A stretch of 60,081 nt of DNA, taken from NCBI GenBank assembly GCA_964408545.1, contig CAYOZT010000001.1:1-60081 (forward strand). Direction: 5' to 3'. The position numbers and the translations under genes were made by a program. This DNA comes from an uncultured Oscillospiraceae bacterium. GTDB taxonomy: Bacteria > Bacillota > Clostridia > Oscillospirales > Oscillospiraceae. This document shows, in pieces, positions 1 to 9,709 of the stretch. The notes under the pieces were generated by a model, which had not been told where the DNA came from, did no database searches, and saw only the letters and a program-made list of their open reading frames with translations. Numbering within the stretch: the stretch's first letter is position 1; every line of letters starts with the position of its first letter.

Positions 1-223
1 ACCGTTCTCTGCCCCAGTGCAAGACAAAATAGTTACTTGTCACTATTAAGCCTTGGATTTTCACGGCTTTTTATTTGCCTAAATTTCAGAATGATCTATT
101 TTGAGACAGCCCTTTTTGGCGATTTTCGCAAGAATGTCGTCGTTTTTTGGTTCTCATCATTCTTCGCTTTTATCTCTTTACGCCGCAATTTGCGTGGGAT
201 AGCATTTCGTGGCAGAATTTCGC

Positions 224-251
224 GCACATACCTGCGCGTGTGGCATAGAAT
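224..251 (+). promoter_or_regulatory. Putative mother-cell sigma (SigK-like) promoter for cotJ
   Basis: GCAC(224-227)-16 nt-CATAGAAT(244-251) resembles the SigK AC-N16/17-CATAnnnT consensus; lies upstream of spore coat genes. Confidence 0.4.
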
Positions 252-300
252 GACAGCGAACGACGAAAAGCCGTTCCAATTCGGATGGGAGGAATGCATT

Positions 301-735
301 TTGGATGAGAGGAAATGGGACGCGCAGACCATGGAGGGCAGCCTGCCGCCTTCTGCGCCGTTGGCCAATCCCTATGTGCCGTTCCAGCGAGAAAATGCTG
401 AGCGTTATGAGGCGCGTACGGGCATGATCCGCGGGACGATGTACCCGGGGCTCGACCTGCCGTTTATGGGCAAAGTCAACACGAAGGAGCTGCCGATCAC
501 GCCCTTGTCGGAGCTTCAGGTGCTCGGCTTTGCGCTGCACGATCTGGCACTGTATCTGGACACACACCGCAATGACAGCGAGGCGCTGGAGGTCTATCGC
601 GCATATCAGCAGATATACCATCAGGGTCTGACGGATTATCAGGCTACGCGTCCGCTGACGCACGAAATGCCGACACAGGCCAAAAGCTATGTATGGCTCG
701 ACGATCCGTGGCCGTGGGAATTCGAGAACGCGTAG
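301..735 (+). CDS. cotJB: Spore coat protein, CotJA-CotJB fusion
   Basis: TTG start 8 nt after GGAGG; CotJA-like LANPYVPFQ...GTMYPGLDLP followed by CotJB-like DLALYLDTH...WLDDPWPWE; directly upstream of cotJC. Confidence 0.85.
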   Translation: MDERKWDAQTMEGSLPPSAPLANPYVPFQRENAERYEARTGMIRGTMYPGLDLPFMGKVNTKELPITPLSELQVLGFALHDLALYLDTHRNDSEALEVYRAYQQIYHQGLTDYQATRPLTHEMPTQAKSYVWLDDPWPWEFENA

Positions 736-747
736 GGAGGGCGGAAA

Positions 748-1344
748 ATGTTTATTTATAGCAAAAAAATGCAGTATCCCGTCAAGATCGCCAATCCCGA
801 TCCGCGTCTGGCGTCGCTCATCATCAGCCAGTACGGTGGCCCGGACGGAGAGCTCGGTGCGTCGCTGCGCTACCTGTCGCAGCGCTATGCCATGCCTTTT
901 GACGAACTGAAGGGGCTTTTGACCGACATCGGCACGGAGGAGTTGGGGCATTTGGAGATGGTCGGCGCGATCGTGCACCAGCTGACGAGAAATTTGAGCG
1001 ATCAGCAGCTGCAGGAGTCGTCCTTTGCACCGTATTTTGTCGACCATACGGCGGGCGTCTATCCGACGGCAGCCTCGGGCTTCCCGTGGAGCGCAGCGAG
1101 TATGGCGGTCAAGGGCGATCCGATGGCCGATCTGACCGAAGACCTCGCCGCAGAACAAAAGGCACGTGTGACTTATGATAATATCCTGCGCCTGAGCGAC
1201 GATCCGGATGTGAACGACGTTATCAAGTTCCTGCGTGAGCGCGAGATCGTCCACTTCCAACGCTTCGGTGAAGCCTGCCAGCTTTTGCGCGAAAAGCTCA
1301 ACCAAAGAAACGTCTACTATATGAACCCCGCGCTGGATATGTAA
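748..1344 (+). CDS. cotJC: Manganese catalase family spore coat protein CotJC
   Basis: QYGGPDGELGASLRYLSQ, DIGTEELGHLEM, EDLAAEQKAR, REIVHFQRFGE motifs. Confidence 0.95.
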   Translation: MFIYSKKMQYPVKIANPDPRLASLIISQYGGPDGELGASLRYLSQRYAMPFDELKGLLTDIGTEELGHLEMVGAIVHQLTRNLSDQQLQESSFAPYFVDHTAGVYPTAASGFPWSAASMAVKGDPMADLTEDLAAEQKARVTYDNILRLSDDPDVNDVIKFLREREIVHFQRFGEACQLLREKLNQRNVYYMNPALDM

Positions 1345-1350
1345 GGAAAA

Positions 1351-1382
1351 TCGGGCGAAGGCACGCGCCTTCGCCCGAAAAA
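1351..1382. terminator. Hairpin between convergent cotJC and aroQ
   Basis: TCGGGCGAAGGC-ACGC-GCCTTCGCCCGA 12-bp stem. Confidence 0.75.
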
Positions 1383-1814
1383 TCAGCCGTATTTCTCAAC
1401 AAGGTATTGCATGGCCATGCGATAGGCGGCCAATCCCTGCCCGCAGATGCTTTTTTCGCAGTATAGCGCGCAGTAGGAGAGCCTTCGAAACGGCTCGCGT
1501 GCGGAAATATCGGAAATATGCACTTCGACCGCGGGAATGCAGACGGCGCGCAGCGCGTCCAAAATGGCGACGGAGGTGTGCGTATAGGCTGCGGCGTTGA
1601 TGACGATGCCGTCGATCCGACCGTAGGCGCTCTGGATCTTCTCGACCAAGGCGCCTTCATAGTTGGATTGAAAGTGCTCGAGCTCCACGCCGAGCTCGCT
1701 TGCGCTGCGCCGCAAAAGCGCGAGCAGATCATCGTAGGTCTCGGTCCCATATATTTCGGGCTCGCGCAGGCCGAGCAAATTGATGTTCGGGCCGTTCAGG
1801 ACGAGAATTTTCAT
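1383..1814 (-). CDS. aroQ: Type II 3-dehydroquinate dehydratase
   Basis: MKILVLNGPNINLLGLREPEIYG, QSNYEG, NAAAYTHTS, EVHISDISAREPFR. Confidence 0.95.
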   Translation of the reverse strand: MKILVLNGPNINLLGLREPEIYGTETYDDLLALLRRSASELGVELEHFQSNYEGALVEKIQSAYGRIDGIVINAAAYTHTSVAILDALRAVCIPAVEVHISDISAREPFRRLSYCALYCEKSICGQGLAAYRMAMQYLVEKYG

Positions 1815-3022
1815 GCGTGTTCCTCCAGAATGTGCCGCGCCGCATCCGCAGGCGTGGCGGAATGGTCGATGATGTAGTCGGCGGCGGCAAGATAGAGCGG
1901 CGAACGATGCGCGTATAGTGACGGCAAATCGATCGAAAGGGGACGATCGTCGCGCGCAAGCAAATGCAGCGGTCGATCCAGATAACAGAGCCTTCCGTTT
2001 TGCTTCAGAAGGCGGATGTTTTCTTCGTTCGTGACGCAGCCGCCGCCGGTTGCGATCACGAGGCCGTGCGCGCTTGCATATTTGCGAATGATCTCGTGCT
2101 CCAAGGCGCGAAATGCTGCCTCGCCGTCGCGCAGAATGATCTGCGCGGGGCTTTTTTGTGTTTGGCGCGTGATCTCCAGATCGGTGTCGAGCAGAGGGCG
2201 CCCCGTTTTTTCGGCAAGAACGGCGCCGACGGTGGATTTTCCGCAGCCGGGCATACCGATCAGAACAAGGTTTTCCGCGTCGGACGCGACGCGCCGATAG
2301 GCTTTTTGCGCACAGTCGTCTGCGATCGGCCGACCGAGGAAGTATTCGGCACTTTCTTTCGCCTGCGCAACGAGCATCCAAAGGCCGTTCACCGCTTTGA
2401 TCCCACGCTCCTGCGCGTGCAACAGCAGCTTCGTGCGCAGGGGATTATAGATCAGGTCGACGACAGCCTGCAGCTGCGGAAAAATGTCGAGCGATACGGG
2501 CGAGACGTCGCAGTCGGGAAACATTCCGACGGGGGTCGCGTTGACAAGCAGCTGCGCGTCGGCGTGCTGCGCGAGATTTTCGTAATTATTCTCGCCGCTG
2601 CGCGAAATAATGATCGCTTCGGCGCCCAGATCGCGCAGCACGGCGGCTGCCGTCGTGCCCGCGCCGCCGCTTCCGAGCACGAGCGCCTTTTTGCCCGAAA
2701 CGGACAGATCGTTTCGCGACAGAAGGGAAAGAAATCCGGCGTAATCGCTGTTGTGTCCGAACAGACTGCCGTCGGCGCGTCGGACGACGGTATTGACCGC
2801 GCCGAGACGACGGGCGACGGGGGAGAGCGCGTCGAGGTAGGGAAGCACCGCTTTTTTATACGGAATGGTCACATTGAGCCCGTCAAAATCGCCGTAGCGC
2901 AGAAAATCGGCGAGCGCTTGCGGCTCTTTTTCGATCAGGGCGTAATCGTAATCGCCGAAATAGGCGTGGATCGCGGGGGAGAAGCTGTGCCCCAGATACT
3001 GCCCGAGCAGACCGCAGCGCAT
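1811..3022 (-). CDS. aroE: Shikimate dehydrogenase-shikimate kinase fusion
   Basis: HSFSP, NVTIPYK, GAVNT, NATPVGM, DLIYNP, then P-loop GMPGCGKS, FRALE, ATGGG of AroK. Confidence 0.92.
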   Translation of the reverse strand: MRCGLLGQYLGHSFSPAIHAYFGDYDYALIEKEPQALADFLRYGDFDGLNVTIPYKKAVLPYLDALSPVARRLGAVNTVVRRADGSLFGHNSDYAGFLSLLSRNDLSVSGKKALVLGSGGAGTTAAAVLRDLGAEAIIISRSGENNYENLAQHADAQLLVNATPVGMFPDCDVSPVSLDIFPQLQAVVDLIYNPLRTKLLLHAQERGIKAVNGLWMLVAQAKESAEYFLGRPIADDCAQKAYRRVASDAENLVLIGMPGCGKSTVGAVLAEKTGRPLLDTDLEITRQTQKSPAQIILRDGEAAFRALEHEIIRKYASAHGLVIATGGGCVTNEENIRLLKQNGRLCYLDRPLHLLARDDRPLSIDLPSLYAHRSPLYLAAADYIIDHSATPADAARHILEEHA

Positions 3023-3898
3023 TCAAAACACCTCACTGTAGCTGCCGAGGTAGCAAAAGCCCTCGCACAGATCGTCCAGTTCGCACATCAGTCGCACAAA
3101 TTCGTGCGAATAGACGGAACTTTCCAAGTCGAAGCGGAAGCGCATTTGAAAACCGTCCGCTTCGGCCGGGCTCGCGTCGAGGTCGGCGATGTTCAAGCCG
3201 AGCGTGTAGAGCCTTGCGAGCACGCGATACAGACTTCCCGGGCGATTGGGCAGGCGCATCAAAAGCGTCGTCTTATCGGCGCCCGGGTATATTTCGAGCG
3301 CCTTGCCGAAGAGCAGAAAGCGCGAAAAACGGCCGTCGCTGCCGCCGATGCGGACGGAGCGAAGGACGAAAAGCTGCGCATCGGCGAGCTTTTCGAACAG
3401 TCGTTGGTTTTCGAGCGGGAGCAGCCCGTAGCGGCAAAGTCCCTGCTGTACGGCGGAAATGACCGCATCGGCTTGGCGGAAATACAGCGCGTTCGGCGTT
3501 TTGAAAAGACGCTGCAGCGCGTATGACAGGTGCAGATCCTCTTCGCTTGCGCAGCAGGCGACGGCGGCGCTTTGCGGGAAAAGGCGGGGGGTATTTTCGA
3601 TGGCGTCCGAAATCTGCGCAAACAGGGCGGTTCGGACGGCATTTTTTTCGCATTGATAGCTGCGGCTCAGCTCGAAAAGGAGGCTATAGAGCACCTGCAC
3701 GTCGTTTTGCAGCTCGGGCTCGACCTTGGAGGCAACGTCGGAGAGTTTTTCACGCTCACGCGCAGGATCGAGCACGGCCAAATCGTGCTTCTTTTTGTAT
3801 TCCGCGATCCGCGTGGAGATCTCCATACGGCGCCGGAAAAGCGAAACGAGCTGCTCGTCAACATCGTCGATCTCGAGGCGCAATTGCTTGATATCCAT
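3023..3898 (-). CDS. pheA: Chorismate mutase fused to an internally deleted prephenate dehydratase and ACT domain
   Basis: N-terminal LRLEIDDVDEQLV..RRRM..K...RE CM domain; LPLEN; C-terminal RPGSL ACT and YLGSY; only 291 aa. Confidence 0.8.
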   Translation of the reverse strand: MDIKQLRLEIDDVDEQLVSLFRRRMEISTRIAEYKKKHDLAVLDPAREREKLSDVASKVEPELQNDVQVLYSLLFELSRSYQCEKNAVRTALFAQISDAIENTPRLFPQSAAVACCASEEDLHLSYALQRLFKTPNALYFRQADAVISAVQQGLCRYGLLPLENQRLFEKLADAQLFVLRSVRIGGSDGRFSRFLLFGKALEIYPGADKTTLLMRLPNRPGSLYRVLARLYTLGLNIADLDASPAEADGFQMRFRFDLESSVYSHEFVRLMCELDDLCEGFCYLGSYSEVF

Positions 3899-3901
3899 GG
3901 C

Positions 3902-4975
3902 TTATCCTCTGTTATCCAAAATCATATCGTATAGGGCGATGGCGGCGGCGGCCTCCACGACGGGGACGGCGCGCAGTGCGATGCACGGATCGTGTCTGCC
4001 TTGCGTGCAGATCGTCGTTTCCTCCATGCGCAGCAGGGAAACGGTCTGCTGCGGTTTGGCGATGGAGGGTGTCGGCTTGCAGCAGACGTCGAAAAGGAGG
4101 GGCATACCGTCCGTGATGCCGCCGAGAATGCCGCCGCAACGGTTCGTCGTCGTGACAACGGTGTCGTCGCGCAGGGCGAAGGGGTCGTTGCTTTCGCTGC
4201 CGCGCAGCGCGGCAAAGTCTTCGCTCAGGCCGAAACCGACGCTTTTCACGCCGGGGATGCCGTACAGGATCTGCGCAAGACGGTTTTCAACACCGCCGAA
4301 CATCGGCTCGCCCAGCCCCGCCGGTAGTCCCACGACGGCGCATTCGATCCGCCCGCCGATGCTGTCACCGTCGGCGTGTGCTGCGGCAATGGCGGCACAA
4401 AAACGCTGCCGCTCGTCGTCGCTGCAGGCGGGGAAATCGGGAAGGATCGACTCGAGCGCGGGCTGCACCGCGTCAAAACGCGGCGCGTGTTCGCGGCCGA
4501 TCTGTATGATGTGCGCGCCGATGCGGATATCGAGCTGCTCGAGCCATTGCAGGCACAGTCCGCCCGCGACGCATAGGGGCGCCGTCAATCGCCCGGAGGA
4601 ATGCCCGCCGCCCGCGACGTCCTGAAAACCGCCGTATTTGACCTGCGCGGTATAGTCGGCGTGCCCGGGGCGGGGAAGATCGAGCAGCTGCGCATAATCG
4701 TCGGAGCGCACGTCGTGATTTTCGATCAGGGCGGCCAGCGGCGCACCGCAGGTGAAGCCGTCGACGAGCCCGGCGTAAAAAACGGGCAAATCGTCCTCGC
4801 AGCGCGCGGAAGAAAGTGCATCTTTTCCCGGCGCGCGGCGCGACAAGAAGCGTTCCAAGCGATCGGTGTCGACGGGCAAGCCCGCGGGGATGCCGTCGAG
4901 CACCATGCCGACAGCTTTGCCGTGCGACTGACCGAAAACGGACAGTTTGAGATTTTTGCCGTAGGTCGAACTCAT
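3902..4975 (-). CDS. aroC: Chorismate synthase
   Basis: FGQSHG, RPGHAD, GGGHSSGRLTA, GGILGGITDG, KPTPSI, GRHDPC. Confidence 0.97.
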   Translation of the reverse strand: MSSTYGKNLKLSVFGQSHGKAVGMVLDGIPAGLPVDTDRLERFLSRRAPGKDALSSARCEDDLPVFYAGLVDGFTCGAPLAALIENHDVRSDDYAQLLDLPRPGHADYTAQVKYGGFQDVAGGGHSSGRLTAPLCVAGGLCLQWLEQLDIRIGAHIIQIGREHAPRFDAVQPALESILPDFPACSDDERQRFCAAIAAAHADGDSIGGRIECAVVGLPAGLGEPMFGGVENRLAQILYGIPGVKSVGFGLSEDFAALRGSESNDPFALRDDTVVTTTNRCGGILGGITDGMPLLFDVCCKPTPSIAKPQQTVSLLRMEETTICTQGRHDPCIALRAVPVVEAAAAIALYDMILDNRG

Positions 4976-6201
4976 ATTCTACCTCCCAGACGGGTAAATT
5001 CTTTCCAGAAATTCGGGTAAGATTTGCGCACGCACTGTGCGCCCAAAACGGTCACGGGGCGGCTGCAGACGGTCGAGGCAACGGCGGCGGCCATGGCGAT
5101 GCGGTGGTCGTTTCGCGCGTCGACGATGCCGCCGACAAGCGGCGCGGGGAATATCCGCAGACGATCTTCCTCCGCGATCGCTTTGCCGCCGAGCGCGGTG
5201 ATCATGTCCGTCACGGCAGCAAGGCGGTCGGACTCTTTCAGACGCAAACGCGCCACGTCCTCCATGACGCAACCGTCGGTTGCGGCCGCGACGACGGCGA
5301 GGATCGGGACAAGATCGGGAATGTCGGCTGCGGAAAAGGTGATGCTTTTCCGCAGCTGCTCCAAAAGTGTCGTGACGGCGCGATCGCCCTGCACGCTTTG
5401 TTCGTTCAGACCGTGCACCTGCACGCTGCTTCCGAGCCGATCGGCGGCCAGCCAAAAGGCGGCGTTGCTCCAGTCGCCTTCGACGGATACGGTTTCGGGA
5501 CTGTGATAGGTCTGTTCTGCCGCGGTGCGGCCGTCCTGCCACACGACGCCAAAATTGCGCAGCACTTGCTGCGTCATGTCGATATAAGGGCGCGAAGCGA
5601 CCTTGCCCATCAGCTGCAGCTGACTTTCGCCGTTCAACAGCGGAAGTGCCATCAAAAGCCCGGAAATGAATTGACTCGATACATCGCCGTCGATGCGATA
5701 ATGCCCCGCGCGAAGTTGCCCGTTCAGCAAAAGCCCTGCGCTGACTGCGCGGCTGATGGGGATGTTTTTTGCGAGCAGTTCGCTGCGACTGAGCCAACGA
5801 AGACGGCAGCCGTGCCGCTCGAGTTCCTCCCACAGCGGCGAAAGGGGACGATAGGGGAGCCGTCCTTCCAGTAAAAAGACGGTCTCAACGCCCATGGCGC
5901 CCGCCAACGGCAGCAGAAAGCGCAGCGTTGCGCCGCTTTCCCCACAGGGGCAAACGGCATGAGCGGGGAAGGCGGTGACGGGTGTGACGATCTCGGCCTG
6001 CCCGAATACGTGCTCGACCTTCGCGCCGAGCCCCGAAAGACTTGCGATCGTTGCGGAAAGATCGTCGCACAGGCTGCCGATCCGCAGCTCAGTGGGGCGG
6101 TCTGCCAGCGCACTGCACACCAGCAGTCGATGCGCGTGCGATTTGGAGGGGACGGCGTTCACCTGCCCGTGGAGTTTTTCGGGGAAAATGGTCATATCCA
6201 T
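4972..6201 (-). CDS. aroA: EPSP synthase
   Basis: PSKSHAHR, CGESGATLR, SSQFISGLL, SRPYIDMT, RLKESDR, DHRIAM, KSYPNF. Confidence 0.96.
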   Translation of the reverse strand: MDMTIFPEKLHGQVNAVPSKSHAHRLLVCSALADRPTELRIGSLCDDLSATIASLSGLGAKVEHVFGQAEIVTPVTAFPAHAVCPCGESGATLRFLLPLAGAMGVETVFLLEGRLPYRPLSPLWEELERHGCRLRWLSRSELLAKNIPISRAVSAGLLLNGQLRAGHYRIDGDVSSQFISGLLMALPLLNGESQLQLMGKVASRPYIDMTQQVLRNFGVVWQDGRTAAEQTYHSPETVSVEGDWSNAAFWLAADRLGSSVQVHGLNEQSVQGDRAVTTLLEQLRKSITFSAADIPDLVPILAVVAAATDGCVMEDVARLRLKESDRLAAVTDMITALGGKAIAEEDRLRIFPAPLVGGIVDARNDHRIAMAAAVASTVCSRPVTVLGAQCVRKSYPNFWKEFTRLGGRI

Positions 6202-6202
6202 G

Positions 6203-7237
6203 CTACATACCTGCCTTTATCCATGCGTCGACTTCGGAAAGGGGAAGACGGATGCGTCGGGCGCAACCGACGGTTGCGGGCACGACGAGGGTGATATCGT
6301 CGCCGAGGCGCTTTTTGTCCGCGCGGATGCACGCGGACAGCCGCTCGGCGGGAATGTCGGTCGCGGTCGGCAGAGAAAATGCTTTCAGCAGCTGCGCCAA
6401 TTCGTCCGCAAGGGCGGGCGCGGCGGTACGTGCGATCATGGCCATGCCGATGGCGACGGCTTTTCCGTGCGAAACGCGGTATCCGCTCGCTTTTTCGATG
6501 GCATGGCCGAAACTGTGCCCGAAATTCAGCAGTTGCCGCGCGCCGCGGTCGAATTCGTCGCACTCGACCGCGGCGCGTTTGTGCTCGATGCAGCGCGTGA
6601 TCGTTTCCTCGCGCGGAAAATCGAGGCCGCAGCGGAAAAGCGTACGGTAGAGCGGTTCGTCGAATAGCAGCGCGGTCTTGATGATCTCGGCGCAGCCGTC
6701 GCAAAACGCTTCGCGCGGGAGCGTATCGAGCGTGCGTGTGTCGCACAGCACGAGCGAGGGCTGCCAAAAGGCGCCGAGCAGGTTTTTTCCTGCGGGAAGG
6801 TCGATGGCGGTTTTGCCGCCGACGGATGCGTCGACCATGGCAAGCAGGGAAGTCGGGCACGAAAGGAAATCGATGCCGCGCAGGTAGGTCGCCGCGGCGA
6901 AGCCCGTCAGATCGCCGACGACACCGCCGCCCAGTGCGACGAGAAAATCGTCGCGCGTCAGCTCGCGCTCGGCAAGAAATCCCGCGAGCGCGAGATAGTT
7001 TTGCGCATTTTTGCTGCTTTCGCCCGCGTCGACGAGGAATTCCCATGCATCGATCCCCGCTTTTTGCAGGCTGTCCTTGACCATGCTGCCGTACAGCGGC
7101 CAGACGTTTCGGTCGCTGACGAGGACGGCACGTCGTCCGCGCATACATTCGGCGGCATACTGCCCCAATTCGGACAGAAGCCCCTCACCGACGCAAACGC
7201 GGTATGTTTTGGATGCTTTTACGGTGACGGTCTGCAT
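6203..7237 (-). CDS. aroB: 3-dehydroquinate synthase
   Basis: GESSK, ALGGGVVGDLTGF, PTSLLAMVDASVGGKT, LNFGHSFGHAIE, SHGKAV; ATG 7237 with GGAGGG RBS. Confidence 0.96.
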   Translation of the reverse strand: MQTVTVKASKTYRVCVGEGLLSELGQYAAECMRGRRAVLVSDRNVWPLYGSMVKDSLQKAGIDAWEFLVDAGESSKNAQNYLALAGFLAERELTRDDFLVALGGGVVGDLTGFAAATYLRGIDFLSCPTSLLAMVDASVGGKTAIDLPAGKNLLGAFWQPSLVLCDTRTLDTLPREAFCDGCAEIIKTALLFDEPLYRTLFRCGLDFPREETITRCIEHKRAAVECDEFDRGARQLLNFGHSFGHAIEKASGYRVSHGKAVAIGMAMIARTAAPALADELAQLLKAFSLPTATDIPAERLSACIRADKKRLGDDITLVVPATVGCARRIRLPLSEVDAWIKAGM

Positions 7238-7250
7238 CGGCGATCCCTCC

Positions 7251-8252
7251 TCAGGCGATGATCCGGCGAATTTCCGTGATCTTCTGCGACAGGGCGGAAA
7301 ACTCGCTCGGCGTGAGCGATTGCGCGCCGTCGCAAAGGGCACATTGCGGCCGGTCGTGCACCTCGACCATGATGCCGTCGGCGCCGCAGGCAGCGGCGGC
7401 CAATGCCATCGGCGGCACGATCGATGCGATGCCCGTGGCATGGCTCGGATCGACGATCACGGGAAGGTGCGACATTTCGTGCAGCATCGGCACGGCGGAA
7501 AGGTCGAGCGTATTACGCAGCCGCGTTTCGAAAGTACGGATGCCGCGCTCGCAGAGGATCACATTTTCGTTTCCCTCGTTCATGATGTATTCGGCGCTCA
7601 TCAGAAGCTCCTGCAGGGTGTTTGCCGACCCGCGCTTGAGAAGAACCGGCTTGTCGCTTCGCCCGAGCTCGCGCAGCAGGTCGAAATTCTGCATATTGCG
7701 CGCGCCGACCTGCAGAATATCCACATCGGAAAACATTTCGAGCATGGAAGTGCTCATGATCTCCGTGACGATGGGCAGTCCCGTCTGTTTTTTGGCTTGG
7801 GAAAGGAGCGAAAGTGCTTCTTTTCCGAGCCCTTGGAAGCTGTACGGCGAGGTGCGCGGCTTGAACGCGCCGCCGCGCAGGATGTTCGCGCCGGCTTTTT
7901 TGACCGCCTCGGCGACCGTGAAAAGCTGCTCGGCGGACTCAACGCTGCACGGTCCTGCGATCAGCGCGAAGTGTCCGCCGCCGATCGCGGCGTCCCCGAC
8001 GCGGATGATGCTTTCGCGCGGATGAAATTTGCGGTTGGCCTGTTTGAACGGGTCACTGACGCGGCAGACCGATTCGACGATCTGCATCGTGCGCAGCAAC
8101 TCGATATCGATGCGCTCGGTGTCGCCGATGATGCCGAGGATCTCACAGCCGTTTCCGGGGCAGCGGTGCACCTGCACGGATTGCCGCTCGAGCCAATCGA
8201 TGAGCGTCATGATCTGCTCGTCCGATGCATTCGGTTTTAATACTGCGATCAT
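7251..8252 (-). CDS. aroF: DAHP synthase (class I-beta, N-terminal regulatory domain)
   Basis: IAGPCSVES, RGGAFKPRTSPYSFQG, GARNMQN, LKRG, CERGIRTFE, DPSH. Confidence 0.95.
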   Translation of the reverse strand: MIAVLKPNASDEQIMTLIDWLERQSVQVHRCPGNGCEILGIIGDTERIDIELLRTMQIVESVCRVSDPFKQANRKFHPRESIIRVGDAAIGGGHFALIAGPCSVESAEQLFTVAEAVKKAGANILRGGAFKPRTSPYSFQGLGKEALSLLSQAKKQTGLPIVTEIMSTSMLEMFSDVDILQVGARNMQNFDLLRELGRSDKPVLLKRGSANTLQELLMSAEYIMNEGNENVILCERGIRTFETRLRNTLDLSAVPMLHEMSHLPVIVDPSHATGIASIVPPMALAAAACGADGIMVEVHDRPQCALCDGAQSLTPSEFSALSQKITEIRRIIA

Positions 8253-9679
8253 TTCTTTGCCTCCCGATCGTCTTGCGCGGTGGGCGTGTAGCGGATCGTC
8301 GTCTGCCCCGAGAGGGCTTGCCCGTTTTGCGCGCTGAGGGTGAATGTGTAGTTTTCGCCGAGCGTGAGCGAAGGGATCTGCAGCGAATTTCCGACAAAAT
8401 AATAGCTTTTCGTTTCCTGCCCCTGCGCGGATACGGTCACGATCCAGCCGAGCTGCGAAGCGTTTTCGCATTGCAGCGTCAGCACGACTTTTTCGCCTTT
8501 CGTTTCGGCGTAGAGCCGCTCGATGCGCAGCGCAGATGCCTCGGATCGCGGCAAAAGACAGGCACCGACGATCAGCGCCAGAACGAAGAAAACGCACACG
8601 GCGGCCATACCGATGCGCGTGCGGCGCGTAGCGGCGGGCTTTTTCGCCGTGACGGCACGCTTGGGCACGGCGCTGACGGGAACGGCGGGGGACTCGATCT
8701 CCCACAGCGGGATGCGCAGTTCCTCCTCGTCGTATATTTCGGGAAGAAAATCTTCGATGGGCGGCGCGACCGCTTCCCCGACCTCGCGGAATTTCGGCGC
8801 GACAATGGGCACATCGTGCACGCCGTTTCGCTGCAGATAAGCGCAAAGTGCCGCATTCATCTGCTGCGGATCGTTCCATCGGACGGCGCTGTCGGGCGCG
8901 CAGGCACGCAAAATGATACGCGCAAGCTCGTAATCGGCGTATTTCGGCGGCGCAAGCAGCTGACCGACGATGTCATCGGGGCCGGGGAGTTCACCGTCGT
9001 TGTAGGCCTGATAGAGCATCATGCCGAGCGCGTAAACATCGGCGGTGTCGTTGAGCGGCAATTTTCCGTTTTGCAGCTCGGGCGCGGTGTATTCGCTGCG
9101 GCAGCGCTCGGGGAGCACGGCCTTTCCGATGCTCGACAAAGGCACGAAGCCGAGGTCGCCGATGCAGTAGCGCTGCCCGATACGGAAAACATTGCTCGGC
9201 TTCAGATCGGCGTAGAAAAAGCCCGCGTGACGACAGGCGGAAAGTGCGGCGCTGATGTCGAGCGCCATGTTGAGCACCTCCATCTGCGTTACGTCCGCGT
9301 CGGAGAGGATGCTTTGCAGGCTCGGTTTTTCGCTTGCGAGCAGCTGCACCTCGTAGCCGACGCCTTCCACACGCACTGCCTGTACGAAATCAAAGTCGGT
9401 AAAGCCGCCGAGCGCAGCCAGATGACGCAGTGTCTTCGCTTCGGAGACGGTGGCGTTGGCCTGCTCCCGATAGTACGCATTTGCGGCACTGCGATCGGGA
9501 AAGGCGCCCGTCATCAGCAGTGCGTCGAGCTGCACGGCGGAGGCGGGAAAACGGATCGTTTTGAGGATAAAATCTTCACCGCTCGATGTTTCCTTTGCGC
9601 GGCAGCAACAGACGGCGTCATGCACGGCAAAGGGCGGCTGCAGGCGAAAGCCTTCGCCGACGGCAAGGCTCGTGGGCAT
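8249..9679 (-). CDS. Membrane-anchored Hanks-type Ser/Thr kinase-like protein (atypical)
   Basis: ILK lysine, YADLKPSN catalytic loop, DLG, YTAPE, DVYALG; one TM helix (IGMAAVCVFFVLALIVGACLL); beta-rich ~90-aa extracellular tail; no GxGxxG loop. Confidence 0.85.
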   Translation of the reverse strand: MPTSLAVGEGFRLQPPFAVHDAVCCCRAKETSSGEDFILKTIRFPASAVQLDALLMTGAFPDRSAANAYYREQANATVSEAKTLRHLAALGGFTDFDFVQAVRVEGVGYEVQLLASEKPSLQSILSDADVTQMEVLNMALDISAALSACRHAGFFYADLKPSNVFRIGQRYCIGDLGFVPLSSIGKAVLPERCRSEYTAPELQNGKLPLNDTADVYALGMMLYQAYNDGELPGPDDIVGQLLAPPKYADYELARIILRACAPDSAVRWNDPQQMNAALCAYLQRNGVHDVPIVAPKFREVGEAVAPPIEDFLPEIYDEEELRIPLWEIESPAVPVSAVPKRAVTAKKPAATRRTRIGMAAVCVFFVLALIVGACLLPRSEASALRIERLYAETKGEKVVLTLQCENASQLGWIVTVSAQGQETKSYYFVGNSLQIPSLTLGENYTFTLSAQNGQALSGQTTIRYTPTAQDDREAKK

Positions 9680-9709
9680 TTTCGTTCGCCTCCTTTTCCT
9701 TTTCTTTTA

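Noticed and set aside
1811-3022. AroE-AroK fusion as a novelty
   Set aside because: This fusion is common in Clostridia; recorded as a feature only
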